A DNA stretch of 64,000 nt from Gemmatimonadales bacterium (lineage in GTDB: Bacteria > Gemmatimonadota > Gemmatimonadetes > Gemmatimonadales > GWC2-71-9). Positions 8,567-18,448 of the stretch are shown here, one piece after another. Numbering within the stretch: the stretch's first letter is position 1; each line of letters opens with the position of its first letter. The stretch is taken from contig JBFGJG010000002.1 in assembly GCA_041577295.1 (NCBI GenBank), forward strand, positions 64,001 to 128,000, given 5' to 3'. A program made the position numbers and the translations under genes. Below the pieces are notes generated by a model that was not told where the DNA came from, made no database searches, and saw only the letters and a program-made list of their open reading frames with translations.

Positions 8567-11158
8567 GTGCAGCAAGCCGATACAGGGTTCGTACCGTTCG
8601 ATAGACGAGAGATCGAGCAGTCGATTCCGGACCGCTTCGCCAAGCAGGTTCGCCACTCTCCGCAATCCGTGGCGGTGTGGAGCGAAGAGCGGTGCTTGAC
8701 GTACGATGCGCTCGACCGATACGCGAATCGCATCGCGATGGCGATCGTCCGTCACCGGATCCCTCACGCGACCTCCGTTGCAATTCTCCTGCCCCAGGGC
8801 GTGGATCACATCGCAGCAATCCTCGGTGTGTTGAAAGCCGGTCGGCACTACGTGCCGCTCGATCCCGCATCCTCGACAGAGGAGCTGCGAGCCATTCTGC
8901 TCGACTCCGGGTCCAGCTTGATCGTATCGAATGGGAGCAGTGCCGGGCTCGCGCGGAATCTCTCAAACGGTCTCCCTGTCTGTGATGTCGACGCGCTCGA
9001 TCAGTCTCTGTCCGATGCCGCACCTGAGCTTCCTATCGGGCCGGACAGTCTCGCGTACATCTACTACACGTCGGGGACCACAGGACAACCGAAAGGTGTG
9101 GTCGACAATCATCGCAATGTGCTCCACAATGTGATGCGCTACACCAATAGCCTGGAGATCCGTCGGGCCGACCGCCTCACATTATTGCAATCACCGGCAT
9201 TCAGCGGATCGGTCTCGAGCCTTTTCTGCGCCCTGCTGAACGGCGCGACGTGCTATCCATTCGATCTGCGACGATTGGGATTCAATGCGCTTGCGTCCCT
9301 CATCAAGGAGCGGAAGCTCACGATCCTTCATTCCGTCCCAACGGTTTTTCAGCACCTCGTTGAGACCGGAGTACCGTTTCCAAGTCTCCGCATTATCCGT
9401 CTCGAAGGGGATCAGGTTCACCACCACCACATTGAAGCGTATCGAAAGCACTTCGGCGCGCAGTGTGTCCTCGTTAACGGGATGGGAGCCACTGAAACAG
9501 GATTAACACGCCAGTACTTCATCGATCATGACATGGAGCTAGCCGGCGGCCTCATTCCGATTGGGTACCCAACGGACGACATGGAGACGATCCTTATCGA
9601 TGAGTTTGGGATCGAAGTGACCGCAGGGCAGATCGGTGAGATCGCCGTGCGGAGCCGCTACCTCGCGCTCGGGTACTGGAACCGCCCAAAACTGACTAGC
9701 GAGCGGTTTCGTCGACCAAACGGTGCTAAGGGAAAACGCACTTATAGAACCGGTGATTTCGGTCGCTTTCGAACGGATGGGTGTCTCGAGTACCTCGGCC
9801 GACGGGATTACCAAATCAAGATCCGCGGACGACGCGTGGATCTGCAGCAAATCGAGCGAGAGATCAGAGCGCTGCCCAGTGTCGTCGACGCAGTGGTGGT
9901 TTCGCACCCAAGTGAAGCCGGGGATACCCGTCTCGTGGGATACGTCGTTGCAGTCAATTCACCACCGACCTCGAGCGCGTTGAGACGTGCCTTGGCCGAG
10001 ACGTTACCGACGAGGATGATTCCAACCGCATTCGTCGTGCTCGACGAAATCCCCGTCGACGATAATGGAAAGATCAGACGACGGGATCTACCCACTCCGT
10101 CCAACGCGCGGCCGTCGCAAGATACGCCCTTCGTGTCTCCCAGGGATAACGTCGAACGCGCACTGGTCGAGATCTGCGGCTCGCTGTTGGGGATTACAAC
10201 TGTTGGAGCAGAGGACGATCTCTTTGACCTCGGCTTTGATTCCCTCTTGCTGCTGCGACTGCTGGCAAAGGTCAACGACGAGTTCAGCCAAGATCTGTCG
10301 AGCGGTGTTTTTCTGAACGTACGCACGATTGCGCAATTGGCCGATCGGCTCCGACAGTGTGCGCCGCGCGATACACTGATCCCTCTACAATCCGGCACTC
10401 GGGCGCCATGCTTTCTCGTGCATGCGCATAGGGGACAGGTATTGCACTATGGCCGTCTCGCAAGCCGGATGGAGCGAGACCGCCCGTTGGTGGCGGTGCA
10501 GTCACCGGCCCGGCAGCCGTTTGGGACCACCGTCGAAGATCTTGCCACCCACCATGTCACAGCGATCCGCAGGGTGCAGGAGCACGGGCCGTATCTGCTG
10601 GGCGGATACTGCTTTGGTGCGCTCGTGGCGTTCGAGATGGCGCAACAGCTACACGCGCTCGGGGAGACCGTCCCCCTGTTGATACTGCTCGATCCTGACT
10701 TGCCGGGCGGTGAAGCACCGCAAAACGCCACCCGAGTTGACCTCATTTCAAAGATCCGAAGACACGTCGGCTCGCTGCGATCCGCGGAGTTGCGCCACTG
10801 GGCGCCCTACCTCCGAACACACGGTCAGAGGGTGTTGCGCCGGGTTGTGCGTCGGACCAGGCATCGGGTGCTTTCGGTGATCTACCCTGCGCTGCAACGG
10901 CCGATCACGACATCTGTTGTGGATGATTGGGCACAGCGCGCGTGCCGGATGTATCGGCCAAAGCCGTATGTCGGCGCAGCGCTGGTGATCGGGCACGTGG
11001 ACGGAACGGGAGCGGTAAAACACTATGAATCGTGGCAAGGAATTCTCTGTGGTGAGTACGAGTTGCGTTACATCGAGGCTCCCGAGAGAAGCATGTTCCA
11101 GGAGCCATATGTTCGCGAACTCGCCGCGCTCTTGAACAACGCAATCGACGGCTGGTGA
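8567..11158 (+). CDS. Stand-alone NRPS-like enzyme, A-T(PCP)-TE architecture
   Basis: A domain: LTYDAL, LKAGRHYVPLD, YYTSGTTGQPKG, GEIAVRS, YRTGD, GRRDYQIKIRGRRV, NGKI. PCP: LGFDSL. TE: GPYLLGGYCFGA. Confidence 0.9.
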   Translation: MQQADTGFVPFDRREIEQSIPDRFAKQVRHSPQSVAVWSEERCLTYDALDRYANRIAMAIVRHRIPHATSVAILLPQGVDHIAAILGVLKAGRHYVPLDPASSTEELRAILLDSGSSLIVSNGSSAGLARNLSNGLPVCDVDALDQSLSDAAPELPIGPDSLAYIYYTSGTTGQPKGVVDNHRNVLHNVMRYTNSLEIRRADRLTLLQSPAFSGSVSSLFCALLNGATCYPFDLRRLGFNALASLIKERKLTILHSVPTVFQHLVETGVPFPSLRIIRLEGDQVHHHHIEAYRKHFGAQCVLVNGMGATETGLTRQYFIDHDMELAGGLIPIGYPTDDMETILIDEFGIEVTAGQIGEIAVRSRYLALGYWNRPKLTSERFRRPNGAKGKRTYRTGDFGRFRTDGCLEYLGRRDYQIKIRGRRVDLQQIEREIRALPSVVDAVVVSHPSEAGDTRLVGYVVAVNSPPTSSALRRALAETLPTRMIPTAFVVLDEIPVDDNGKIRRRDLPTPSNARPSQDTPFVSPRDNVERALVEICGSLLGITTVGAEDDLFDLGFDSLLLLRLLAKVNDEFSQDLSSGVFLNVRTIAQLADRLRQCAPRDTLIPLQSGTRAPCFLVHAHRGQVLHYGRLASRMERDRPLVAVQSPARQPFGTTVEDLATHHVTAIRRVQEHGPYLLGGYCFGALVAFEMAQQLHALGETVPLLILLDPDLPGGEAPQNATRVDLISKIRRHVGSLRSAELRHWAPYLRTHGQRVLRRVVRRTRHRVLSVIYPALQRPITTSVVDDWAQRACRMYRPKPYVGAALVIGHVDGTGAVKHYESWQGILCGEYELRYIEAPERSMFQEPYVRELAALLNNAIDGW

Positions 11159-11167
11159 GCACGCGTT

Positions 11168-12364
11168 TCAGACCGGATGCAGCTGAAGAAGGCGATGTTC
11201 TACGTTCATGCCGAGCGCCGCGAGCTCGCGCACGTAGGCGTGCGGATCTACCGAAACCTCTCTTACCGAAACCCCCTTCTTCAGCTCACCACGAGCAAGC
11301 ATCGCCGCTACAATTGCCGCATCGAAGCCCGTGCACTGTTGCATTGCCGACAGGCCGAGCTCTTCATCGTAGTGCACCATCAGGTCGACCTCGGCGCGAA
11401 CGCCAGCCCCGCCATCAGATCCCACACAGTGCACCCGAACAACGACGATGTCGCGCACCGGCTCCGATCCGACGAGCAGCGGTTCGAGCAGGCGTTCCGT
11501 CACCCGCCGCGGCACGATGAGTTGGTTGCCCACCCGAACCGGCTCGAGGGAAAAGAGACCGAGTGACTTGAGCAGTCGGATGGCAGCTAGGTGGCCAGGA
11601 TGCCGGACGACACGGCTGGTAAACTCGCGTAGAACCGGTTGAAATGTCTTGGGAAAAGTGGCTCCGGTACCGGAGGCAAGGAACGCGTCGAGGCGACCGA
11701 GCGGTGGCGGAAAGTCGACCGTTTGTACCTCGGTCAGGGCTTCGAGGGCCACCAGCTCACCGTTGCGGAGGTTGTAGCAGGGCCCGTCATACTCGTTCGT
11801 CAACCCCTCGATCGCGAACGTCAGACGATAGAAGAGAGGGGGCGTCGGATCGAGCGGTAAGCCTCCATCCCAAACCTCGAGCGTTTCCGGGGTTGGGACC
11901 ATACGCAGGGCGAGCGTCATCAGCGTGGTGGCCATCCCGGGAGCTTGCCCACAGTCCGGCACCACTGTTATGCCGCCGCTGCGGGCCTCGGCATCGAGCT
12001 CGACTTGCTGTGACGTGGTTTCCGGATGTCCGCCGAGGTCGCACAGGTTCACTCCGATGTCGATCGCGGCCCGGGTCACGTCGAGGTTGAACTCATAGGG
12101 CACGGCGCTGATCACGGCATCCGCCCCGCGCAGCTGATCTCGGAGCCCCTCGGAGTCGCGCACGTCCAGACTCCCCGCCGCAAGATCAACAACCACGTTC
12201 GCACGGGAGAGCCGGGAGTGGATCCAGCGCACAGCCGTTTGCGCTCGTCCCGGTACGGCATCCAAGATCAAGACCTCTTTCGCGTTGCCTCGAAGCGCTA
12301 GGTCGTACGCCGCCGCCGTACCCTGGCGTCCCGCGCCGAGCACCACGTACCGGTACGCCGTCAT
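11168..12364 (-). CDS. Saccharopine dehydrogenase / lysine 6-dehydrogenase family protein
   Basis: VVLGAGRQG Rossmann motif, ISAVPY, CDLGG, PDCGQAPG, GGLP, FAIEGLTNEY, SAMQQCTGF. ATG 12364 overlaps the upstream TGA. Confidence 0.88.
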   Translation of the reverse strand: MTAYRYVVLGAGRQGTAAAYDLALRGNAKEVLILDAVPGRAQTAVRWIHSRLSRANVVVDLAAGSLDVRDSEGLRDQLRGADAVISAVPYEFNLDVTRAAIDIGVNLCDLGGHPETTSQQVELDAEARSGGITVVPDCGQAPGMATTLMTLALRMVPTPETLEVWDGGLPLDPTPPLFYRLTFAIEGLTNEYDGPCYNLRNGELVALEALTEVQTVDFPPPLGRLDAFLASGTGATFPKTFQPVLREFTSRVVRHPGHLAAIRLLKSLGLFSLEPVRVGNQLIVPRRVTERLLEPLLVGSEPVRDIVVVRVHCVGSDGGAGVRAEVDLMVHYDEELGLSAMQQCTGFDAAIVAAMLARGELKKGVSVREVSVDPHAYVRELAALGMNVEHRLLQLHPV

Positions 12365-14121
12365 GGTCTCACCCGCCACGAGTTGTCCCCAACAATGAGC
12401 CCATCGTCGTACACCAGCTTACCTTGCCGAAACGTGGCGAGCACCCGAATACCGAGCAATGAATCCTCGGCCACTGTCAAAGGGTCGGCGGAGAGGATGA
12501 CGAGGTTGGCTGGCTCACCTGCCGACACCGTACCCGTGCGTGCCTGACCGCCTTCAGCCGGGAACCACGTGGTGGCCAGCCGGAAGGCGGGAATCCGCCC
12601 AGCTCTGCCCTCTCCCCACATACCGAATCCATTGACCCGGGTAAGCGCCGTGTGAAAACTCATCAGCGGGGGACCAGGTGTCGTGAAGTAGTCTGATCCC
12701 TCTGCGAGTGTCGCCTCCATCTCGCCAAGCGCCCGCCAGGCATACACGCGCCGGCTGCCGGGTGAGCCAACGCGGCGCTCACCAAACGTGGGGGACTCAG
12801 TTGGTGGCGAGTTGAAGTTGGATTGAATCGAAAGCACGACACCGAGTGCGGCCGCGCGCTCGAAATCCTCGGCGCGAGCGTACGAGAAGTGCTCGATGCG
12901 AAGGCGACCGGGATCCAGCTCGACATCCTCATCGAGCAGCCGATCATACGCATCCAGTGTCTGCCGGACCGCCTCGTCGCCGATCGCGTGGGTCGCTACG
13001 CTCAAGCCTACATCGAGCGCCCGCCTTGCCCACTCGTAAATGTCGTTCCGGATCATACGGAGCACGCCACTTGTCGTTGGATCGTCTGCGTATCTGTGTG
13101 AGAGCGCCGCTCCGCGGCTCCCGAGTGCACCGTCGGCGAAAAGTTTGAGATGGGTGATACGCAGACGGGGCGATAACACCGGATCAAAGGGCCCATTGCT
13201 CGTCAGCGAATCCGCGAGCTTGCTCGGTGCGGGTATCATCAGGTTCACGTTGATGGGAAGGGGCCGCTCGATGTCAACCGACTGCAGGAGCCGGAGGTAG
13301 CGATGCAGATCCACGTTGAGCGCAACGACACCGGGGAATGCAAGAACACCGGCATCATACACGTCGGACACACCGCGAGAAGCCAATGCATCCGCTGCGA
13401 GTCGAAACGCACTCTTGATGTCTTCGTCACTTGGTGTCGGAATCAGTCGGATCACACTCTCGTTGGCACGTTCCAACAGGACACCCGTGGGAGCTCCGCT
13501 GGAGCGGACGATTTCACCACCAGAGGGGTCCGCCGTCGACGCATCGAGGTTGGCGAGACGCATCGCTGCCGCGTTGACCCACCCGGCATGTCCGTCGGTG
13601 CGTGCGAGAAACACCGGATGTTCCGGGGCTCCACGCGTCAGGGGCTCGTGTGATGGCAGTGCCTGTGTACCCCAGCTCGCCTGGCTCCAGCCGGCTCCGA
13701 GAATCCACTGACCGGGCACGGTAGCTGCTGCGCGTGATCGAACGCGCTCGGCCAATTCGTCGAGGGACTGTACGTCCGATACGTCGAGGAACAGTCGCTG
13801 CTCATCTCTGGCGTTGAGGAGAGCGAATCCGACGTTGACGAGGTGAACGTGATGGTCCACAAATGCGGGGGCCAACACGGTGCCACGTAAATCAACAACA
13901 ATCGGTGAGCGACTCGAACGGGTAAGCGTCGCCGAGTCCCCAACCCGTGCGACCAAACCGTCCCGGACGAGGACACTCGACGCCGCCGTGCCGCTCTCAT
14001 CATCGGTTACCACCACACCATTGGTGAACAGCAGCTCGTTGGGTTGCGTTTCGGGCAAGCCGCAACCGGCCAAGAGCATCGCCGCGGCATGCAGGCAGGA
14101 CCAGAATTGCGATGGGGTCAT
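12361..14121 (-). CDS. Amidohydrolase (YtcJ/Amidohydro_3-like), probable lipoprotein
   Basis: Lipobox LAGC. PAFVDHHVH, DGHAGWVN, KLFADGALGSRGA, HAIGD, RIEH, GSD. Confidence 0.88.
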   Translation of the reverse strand: MTPSQFWSCLHAAAMLLAGCGLPETQPNELLFTNGVVVTDDESGTAASSVLVRDGLVARVGDSATLTRSSRSPIVVDLRGTVLAPAFVDHHVHLVNVGFALLNARDEQRLFLDVSDVQSLDELAERVRSRAAATVPGQWILGAGWSQASWGTQALPSHEPLTRGAPEHPVFLARTDGHAGWVNAAAMRLANLDASTADPSGGEIVRSSGAPTGVLLERANESVIRLIPTPSDEDIKSAFRLAADALASRGVSDVYDAGVLAFPGVVALNVDLHRYLRLLQSVDIERPLPINVNLMIPAPSKLADSLTSNGPFDPVLSPRLRITHLKLFADGALGSRGAALSHRYADDPTTSGVLRMIRNDIYEWARRALDVGLSVATHAIGDEAVRQTLDAYDRLLDEDVELDPGRLRIEHFSYARAEDFERAAALGVVLSIQSNFNSPPTESPTFGERRVGSPGSRRVYAWRALGEMEATLAEGSDYFTTPGPPLMSFHTALTRVNGFGMWGEGRAGRIPAFRLATTWFPAEGGQARTGTVSAGEPANLVILSADPLTVAEDSLLGIRVLATFRQGKLVYDDGLIVGDNSWRVRP

Positions 14122-14217
14122 CCGACCCTTCCAGTTGCGTTGCTGGAACCTTACCGCCGGAGGCCGCGGCCGCTAGCTTCTCGGGGGTTGTCGATCTTTC
14201 CCTGGAGAACTCGAGAG

Positions 14218-16452
14218 ATGAACGGTAGGCTACGCATGTTGGCGTACCGCTGGTTGAGTGGTACCCGCCCCATGCTTCTTCTTGCATCGATGATCGGGCT
14301 CTGCCCCCTCACACTCGCAGCACAAAGTCACAGCTCCGGTGCTCCGATTCATGGCTTCTCACCCATCACCGCCGTCGCGCAACACGACATCGAGCGCCGA
14401 CTCGCCGCGCTCTTGGAGAACGATTCAACTGGCAGACATTTCCGGTACCTGACCGAGGAACCGCACGTGGCCGGGTCGGTGAGAAACAAGGAGCTCGCGG
14501 ATTACATCGCTGCGAGATTTCGTGCGTACGGGCTGGAAGATATCCGCCTGCATCGGTATGACGTGCTGTTACCATACCCCGAGTCCGTCAGCGTAACGAT
14601 GCTGGAACCGTACCGTTTCGAGCCGACGCTCAAAGAAGACGGTTACCCGCAGGACAAGGACTCCTACGCTGATGTTGGCATCACCTACATGGGTATGTCC
14701 GCCTCCGGCGACGTCACCGGCGATCTGATCTACGCCAACAGCGGTAATCCGGCCGACTACGACTGGCTCGAGAGCCAGGGAATCGAAGTCGCCGGCAAGA
14801 TCGCGATCGTTCGGTACTCCGTGCCCTACTCGTACCGTGGCTTCAAGGCGTTGACTGCTGAACAGCGAGGCCTCAAAGCCATCCTCGTCTATTCTGACCC
14901 GGAAGATGACGGGTATCGCAAAGGGCTGACGTACCCAAATGGCCCGTGGGGCCCCGAAAGTCATATCCAACGGGGTGCAATCACCTACGACTTTTTCGAG
15001 CCTGGCGATCCGCTGACGCCAGGCTGGGCATCGATCGACGGTGCCCGGCGGATACCCGTGGAAGACGCGCGGTCGGTGCCAAGGATCATCGCCGTCCCGA
15101 TGTCGTACCGGGACGCCCGACCGCTGCTCGAGGCCCTGGGTGGGCCCGTCGCACCGCTCGAGTGGCAAGGTGGTCTTCCATTTACATACCACGTGGGACC
15201 GGGAGCGACGAAGGTTCGGGTGCACGTTCGGATGGACGGCAAAACCCGACCCATTTGGGTGGTGGAGGGACGGATACGCGGTAGCGAGGAGCCTGAGAAA
15301 ATGGTGGTACTGGGAAATCACCGCGATGCGTGGGTGTACGGCGGCGTGGACCCCAGTAGTGCCACGGCTACGCAATTAGAGTTGGCCCGCGTGCTTGGGA
15401 CGCTTGCGAGAGAGGGACATCGGCCACGTCGGACGATCGTCCTGGCAAGTTGGGATGCCGAAGAGTGGCATCTTACAGGATCCACCGAGTGGGGCGAGCA
15501 GTTCGCCGGCGACCTCGCGCGTAACGCGATCGCCTATCTGAACGTGGATGGCTCCACGAGCGGCTCGGCCTTCGAAGCGGGAGCTGTGGCAAGCATGAAC
15601 CGTCTCGTCGTCGAAACGGTTCGCGATGTGATCGATCCCAACTCGCGTCGGAGCGTCCTCGAGGCGTGGTTACGGCACCGCGCCACAGGACGAACCGAAG
15701 CGGTCATTGGTGGCGGGGCGACCGGTGGAGCTGCAGAAGGTGTCCTCGACCCAGTCGATCTCGTCGACAACCGGTTGGGAAGCGGCTCGGATTACACGGT
15801 GTTCTTGAACTTCCTAGGAATCCCAATCGTCGGCATGGCGTTTGATGGCCCGTACGGCGTGTACCACTCGCAATACGACAACTACTACTGGATGACGCAC
15901 TTCGGCGATCCTGGATTTCGCTACATGACAGCCATGGCAGAAATCTGGGGTCGTATGGCGCTGCGGCTCGCCAACGCCGACGTCTATCCGTTCGACTACT
16001 CACTCTATGCGCAGCGGATTGGTGAGTTTCTCGATGAACTGGCGGCGCAACAGGGAGTCGCTGATCGGCTCGACCTTGCTCCCGCCACCGCAGCGCTGCA
16101 AGCATGGCGCGACCGCGCCAGCGACCTGGACCGGATCATCGAGAATGCCCTTTCGGGGATGACACCGGCCGATAACCTCGCATCGCTCAACGATGCGATT
16201 ATCGGAATCGAGCGAGAGCTATTGTTGTCTGAAGGCATCCCGGGAAGAAGTTGGTTCAAGCATGTGCTCTATGCTCCGCGGTTTACATACGCGGCGATGG
16301 AGTTCCCCGGTGTTCAAGAGGCGATCGATGCGGGAGACTGGACGGTGGCACAGGAACAAGTCACCAAACTCGCGGATCGGCTGCGGGCAGTGGCGGATGC
16401 GCTCGGGCGCGCCGCGTCGAGCGGTCGCGCAGCATCCGGCAGCGGCCGGTGA
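14218..16452 (+). CDS. M28 family peptidase (glutamate carboxypeptidase II-like, PA and TfR dimerisation domains)
   Basis: EPHVAGS, GNHRDAWVYGGVDPSS, SWDAEE, GSTEW, YLNVD, GSGSDY, VYHSQYD, WFKHVLYAP. Start placed at ATG 14218 (GGAG upstream, signal peptide follows). Confidence 0.9.
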   Translation: MNGRLRMLAYRWLSGTRPMLLLASMIGLCPLTLAAQSHSSGAPIHGFSPITAVAQHDIERRLAALLENDSTGRHFRYLTEEPHVAGSVRNKELADYIAARFRAYGLEDIRLHRYDVLLPYPESVSVTMLEPYRFEPTLKEDGYPQDKDSYADVGITYMGMSASGDVTGDLIYANSGNPADYDWLESQGIEVAGKIAIVRYSVPYSYRGFKALTAEQRGLKAILVYSDPEDDGYRKGLTYPNGPWGPESHIQRGAITYDFFEPGDPLTPGWASIDGARRIPVEDARSVPRIIAVPMSYRDARPLLEALGGPVAPLEWQGGLPFTYHVGPGATKVRVHVRMDGKTRPIWVVEGRIRGSEEPEKMVVLGNHRDAWVYGGVDPSSATATQLELARVLGTLAREGHRPRRTIVLASWDAEEWHLTGSTEWGEQFAGDLARNAIAYLNVDGSTSGSAFEAGAVASMNRLVVETVRDVIDPNSRRSVLEAWLRHRATGRTEAVIGGGATGGAAEGVLDPVDLVDNRLGSGSDYTVFLNFLGIPIVGMAFDGPYGVYHSQYDNYYWMTHFGDPGFRYMTAMAEIWGRMALRLANADVYPFDYSLYAQRIGEFLDELAAQQGVADRLDLAPATAALQAWRDRASDLDRIIENALSGMTPADNLASLNDAIIGIERELLLSEGIPGRSWFKHVLYAPRFTYAAMEFPGVQEAIDAGDWTVAQEQVTKLADRLRAVADALGRAASSGRAASGSGR

Positions 16453-16486
16453 CTCGAGCCCCAACACCGGTGATCAAGTGTACCCC

Positions 16487-18376
16487 TTACCTATATCCCT
16501 CCGCTTGCAGATTGAAGAGCTCAGCGTAGAGGCCGCCGCCTGCTAGCAGGTCAGCGTGCGTGCCGTGCTCGAGCAATCGACCCTGCTGCAGCACGAGAAT
16601 TCGATTGGCCATCCGAACGGTCGAAAAGCGATGGGAGATGAGGACGGCGATCCGGCCGCGTGTGAGCTCGGTGAAGCGGAGAAACACCTCATACTCAGCT
16701 CGAGCGTCCAGCGCAGCCGTTGGCTCGTCCAAAATCAAAACTTGCGCCTCCCTCATGTAGGCACGCGCAAGCGCGACCTTTTGCCACTCGCCCCCCGACA
16801 GTTCCACTCCACCGTCGAAACGGCGCCCGAGCTGCTGATTGAAGCCATCAATCAGGCGGGCCGCCACACGGTCGGCAAGCCCGCGCCGCGCTGCCTCACG
16901 AATGCGCTCTTCATCGAGCAGCTGCGTGATCTGACCTACCGCAATGTTCTCGCGGAACGTGAAGGCGTAGCGAAAGAAGTCCTGGAAGATGACGCCGATG
17001 TTCCGGTGCAGGCTTGCCAGGTCGTATTCTCTGAGGTCGACACCGTCGAGCAGGATCCGCCCCTCGGACGGATCGTAGAGCCGCGCTAAGAGCTTTACCA
17101 ACGTGGTTTTGCCCGCACCGTTCTCACCTACGAGTGCCACGGAACGGTCCGGCTCCAGGACGAAGTCGAGATCGCGCACGGCCCAGATCTCTGAGCCCGG
17201 ATAGCGAAACCCCACACCCTCGAAGACGAACCCCTGTCGGATTGGCCGCGGGATTACCGGGGCCCCGACCCGCGAAACCACCAAGGGTTTGATCGCAAAA
17301 AACGCGAATAAATCCCGAAGGTATAAACTTTGCTCGTAGATCTGTGAGACGGTCAGGAGGATTCGTTGTATCAAGTCACGGCTTTGTCGAAAGGAGCCGG
17401 CCAGGAAGGTTAGAACGCCGATCGTGAACAGACCGGCCGGTGAGCGGTAACCGATGACCGTCAGGTAGATGATGACTGCGTACGCCCCATAGTAACCCGC
17501 GGACCCGATCGCGCCGAACACGGTCGACACCACCGCACGGCGCGTCGACAATCGCTTGTTGGCTTCGTAGAAGTCATCCGCAAGTTGGGCGTATCGATTG
17601 ACTAAAAAGGGCGACAACCCGAAGAGCCTGACCTCCTTCGCGGAAGCATCGCTCGCTGCCGTGTAGCGTAGATAGTCCAGCTTGCGACGCTCTGGCGTCC
17701 ACTGAAAGAGGAGCGAGTATCCGAGTGCTGCGAAGTGCGTTTCCCCTAGGAATGCGGGAATGACGGCAATAGCGAGCAGCACGAGCAGCCACGGTACGTA
17801 GAGCACGAGGGCGGCCGCCAACGAGATGAGGGTAATGAGATCTTGAACCGTACCGAGCAGTTGGGCCAGCAGTCCGATGCGCCCCACGGTCTGACGGCGG
17901 GCGCGCTCGAGTTGATCGTACGTTTCGGCGTCCTCGTACTGCGCGACATCGAGTGTCGCAGCGTGCTCCATGAGACGGACCGATAACGCGTTGGCAAAGA
18001 GATCGCCGAGCAGACTTTCGAATAGCGACGAGGTCCGCGCTAACGCCTCTCCGGAGACCGCAATTCCGAGCTCGAGGGCCACGAGGGTAGCGAGGTGTGC
18101 CCAATCGACTGCTTGGCCGTCGCGGTAGTAGACCTCCACCGCTTCGATGATGAGCTTCCCCACCCAAAGGAGCGAGAGAGGAACGACGGCGCGGAGAACC
18201 CGAAGCAGCCCGATCGCAATGGTGTATCCACGGTGCGTGCCGTAGACCATTTTGAGGAGCGGGGGTACGTACCGGAGGGCGGCGAACCGCTCTCGCCAGG
18301 TTGGCAGCTCGGTGTCGTCCGAGATGGCACTTTTTGGTCGGGGCGGGACGCCGTGTGGTATGAAGGGGCGAGTCAC
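16487..18376 (-). CDS. ABC exporter, fused permease and ATPase
   Basis: N-terminal TM segments. GENGAGKTT, LSGGEWQ, ILDEPT, ISHRFSTVR. Confidence 0.93.
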   Translation of the reverse strand: MTRPFIPHGVPPRPKSAISDDTELPTWRERFAALRYVPPLLKMVYGTHRGYTIAIGLLRVLRAVVPLSLLWVGKLIIEAVEVYYRDGQAVDWAHLATLVALELGIAVSGEALARTSSLFESLLGDLFANALSVRLMEHAATLDVAQYEDAETYDQLERARRQTVGRIGLLAQLLGTVQDLITLISLAAALVLYVPWLLVLLAIAVIPAFLGETHFAALGYSLLFQWTPERRKLDYLRYTAASDASAKEVRLFGLSPFLVNRYAQLADDFYEANKRLSTRRAVVSTVFGAIGSAGYYGAYAVIIYLTVIGYRSPAGLFTIGVLTFLAGSFRQSRDLIQRILLTVSQIYEQSLYLRDLFAFFAIKPLVVSRVGAPVIPRPIRQGFVFEGVGFRYPGSEIWAVRDLDFVLEPDRSVALVGENGAGKTTLVKLLARLYDPSEGRILLDGVDLREYDLASLHRNIGVIFQDFFRYAFTFRENIAVGQITQLLDEERIREAARRGLADRVAARLIDGFNQQLGRRFDGGVELSGGEWQKVALARAYMREAQVLILDEPTAALDARAEYEVFLRFTELTRGRIAVLISHRFSTVRMANRILVLQQGRLLEHGTHADLLAGGGLYAELFNLQAEGYR

Positions 18377-18448
18377 AAGGCAAAATTAACAAGCGACCGA
18401 GAACCACGTCTTATCCTTGGGTGTCTCGAACGTGGTTGAGGGTTACGA

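Noticed and set aside
14044..14217. Longest-ORF starts for several genes (14044, 25271, 26178, 38089, 38501, 42614, 63345)
   Set aside because: The extensions overlap neighbours or promoters, and downstream starts have an SD, a stop-start overlap or a signal peptide.
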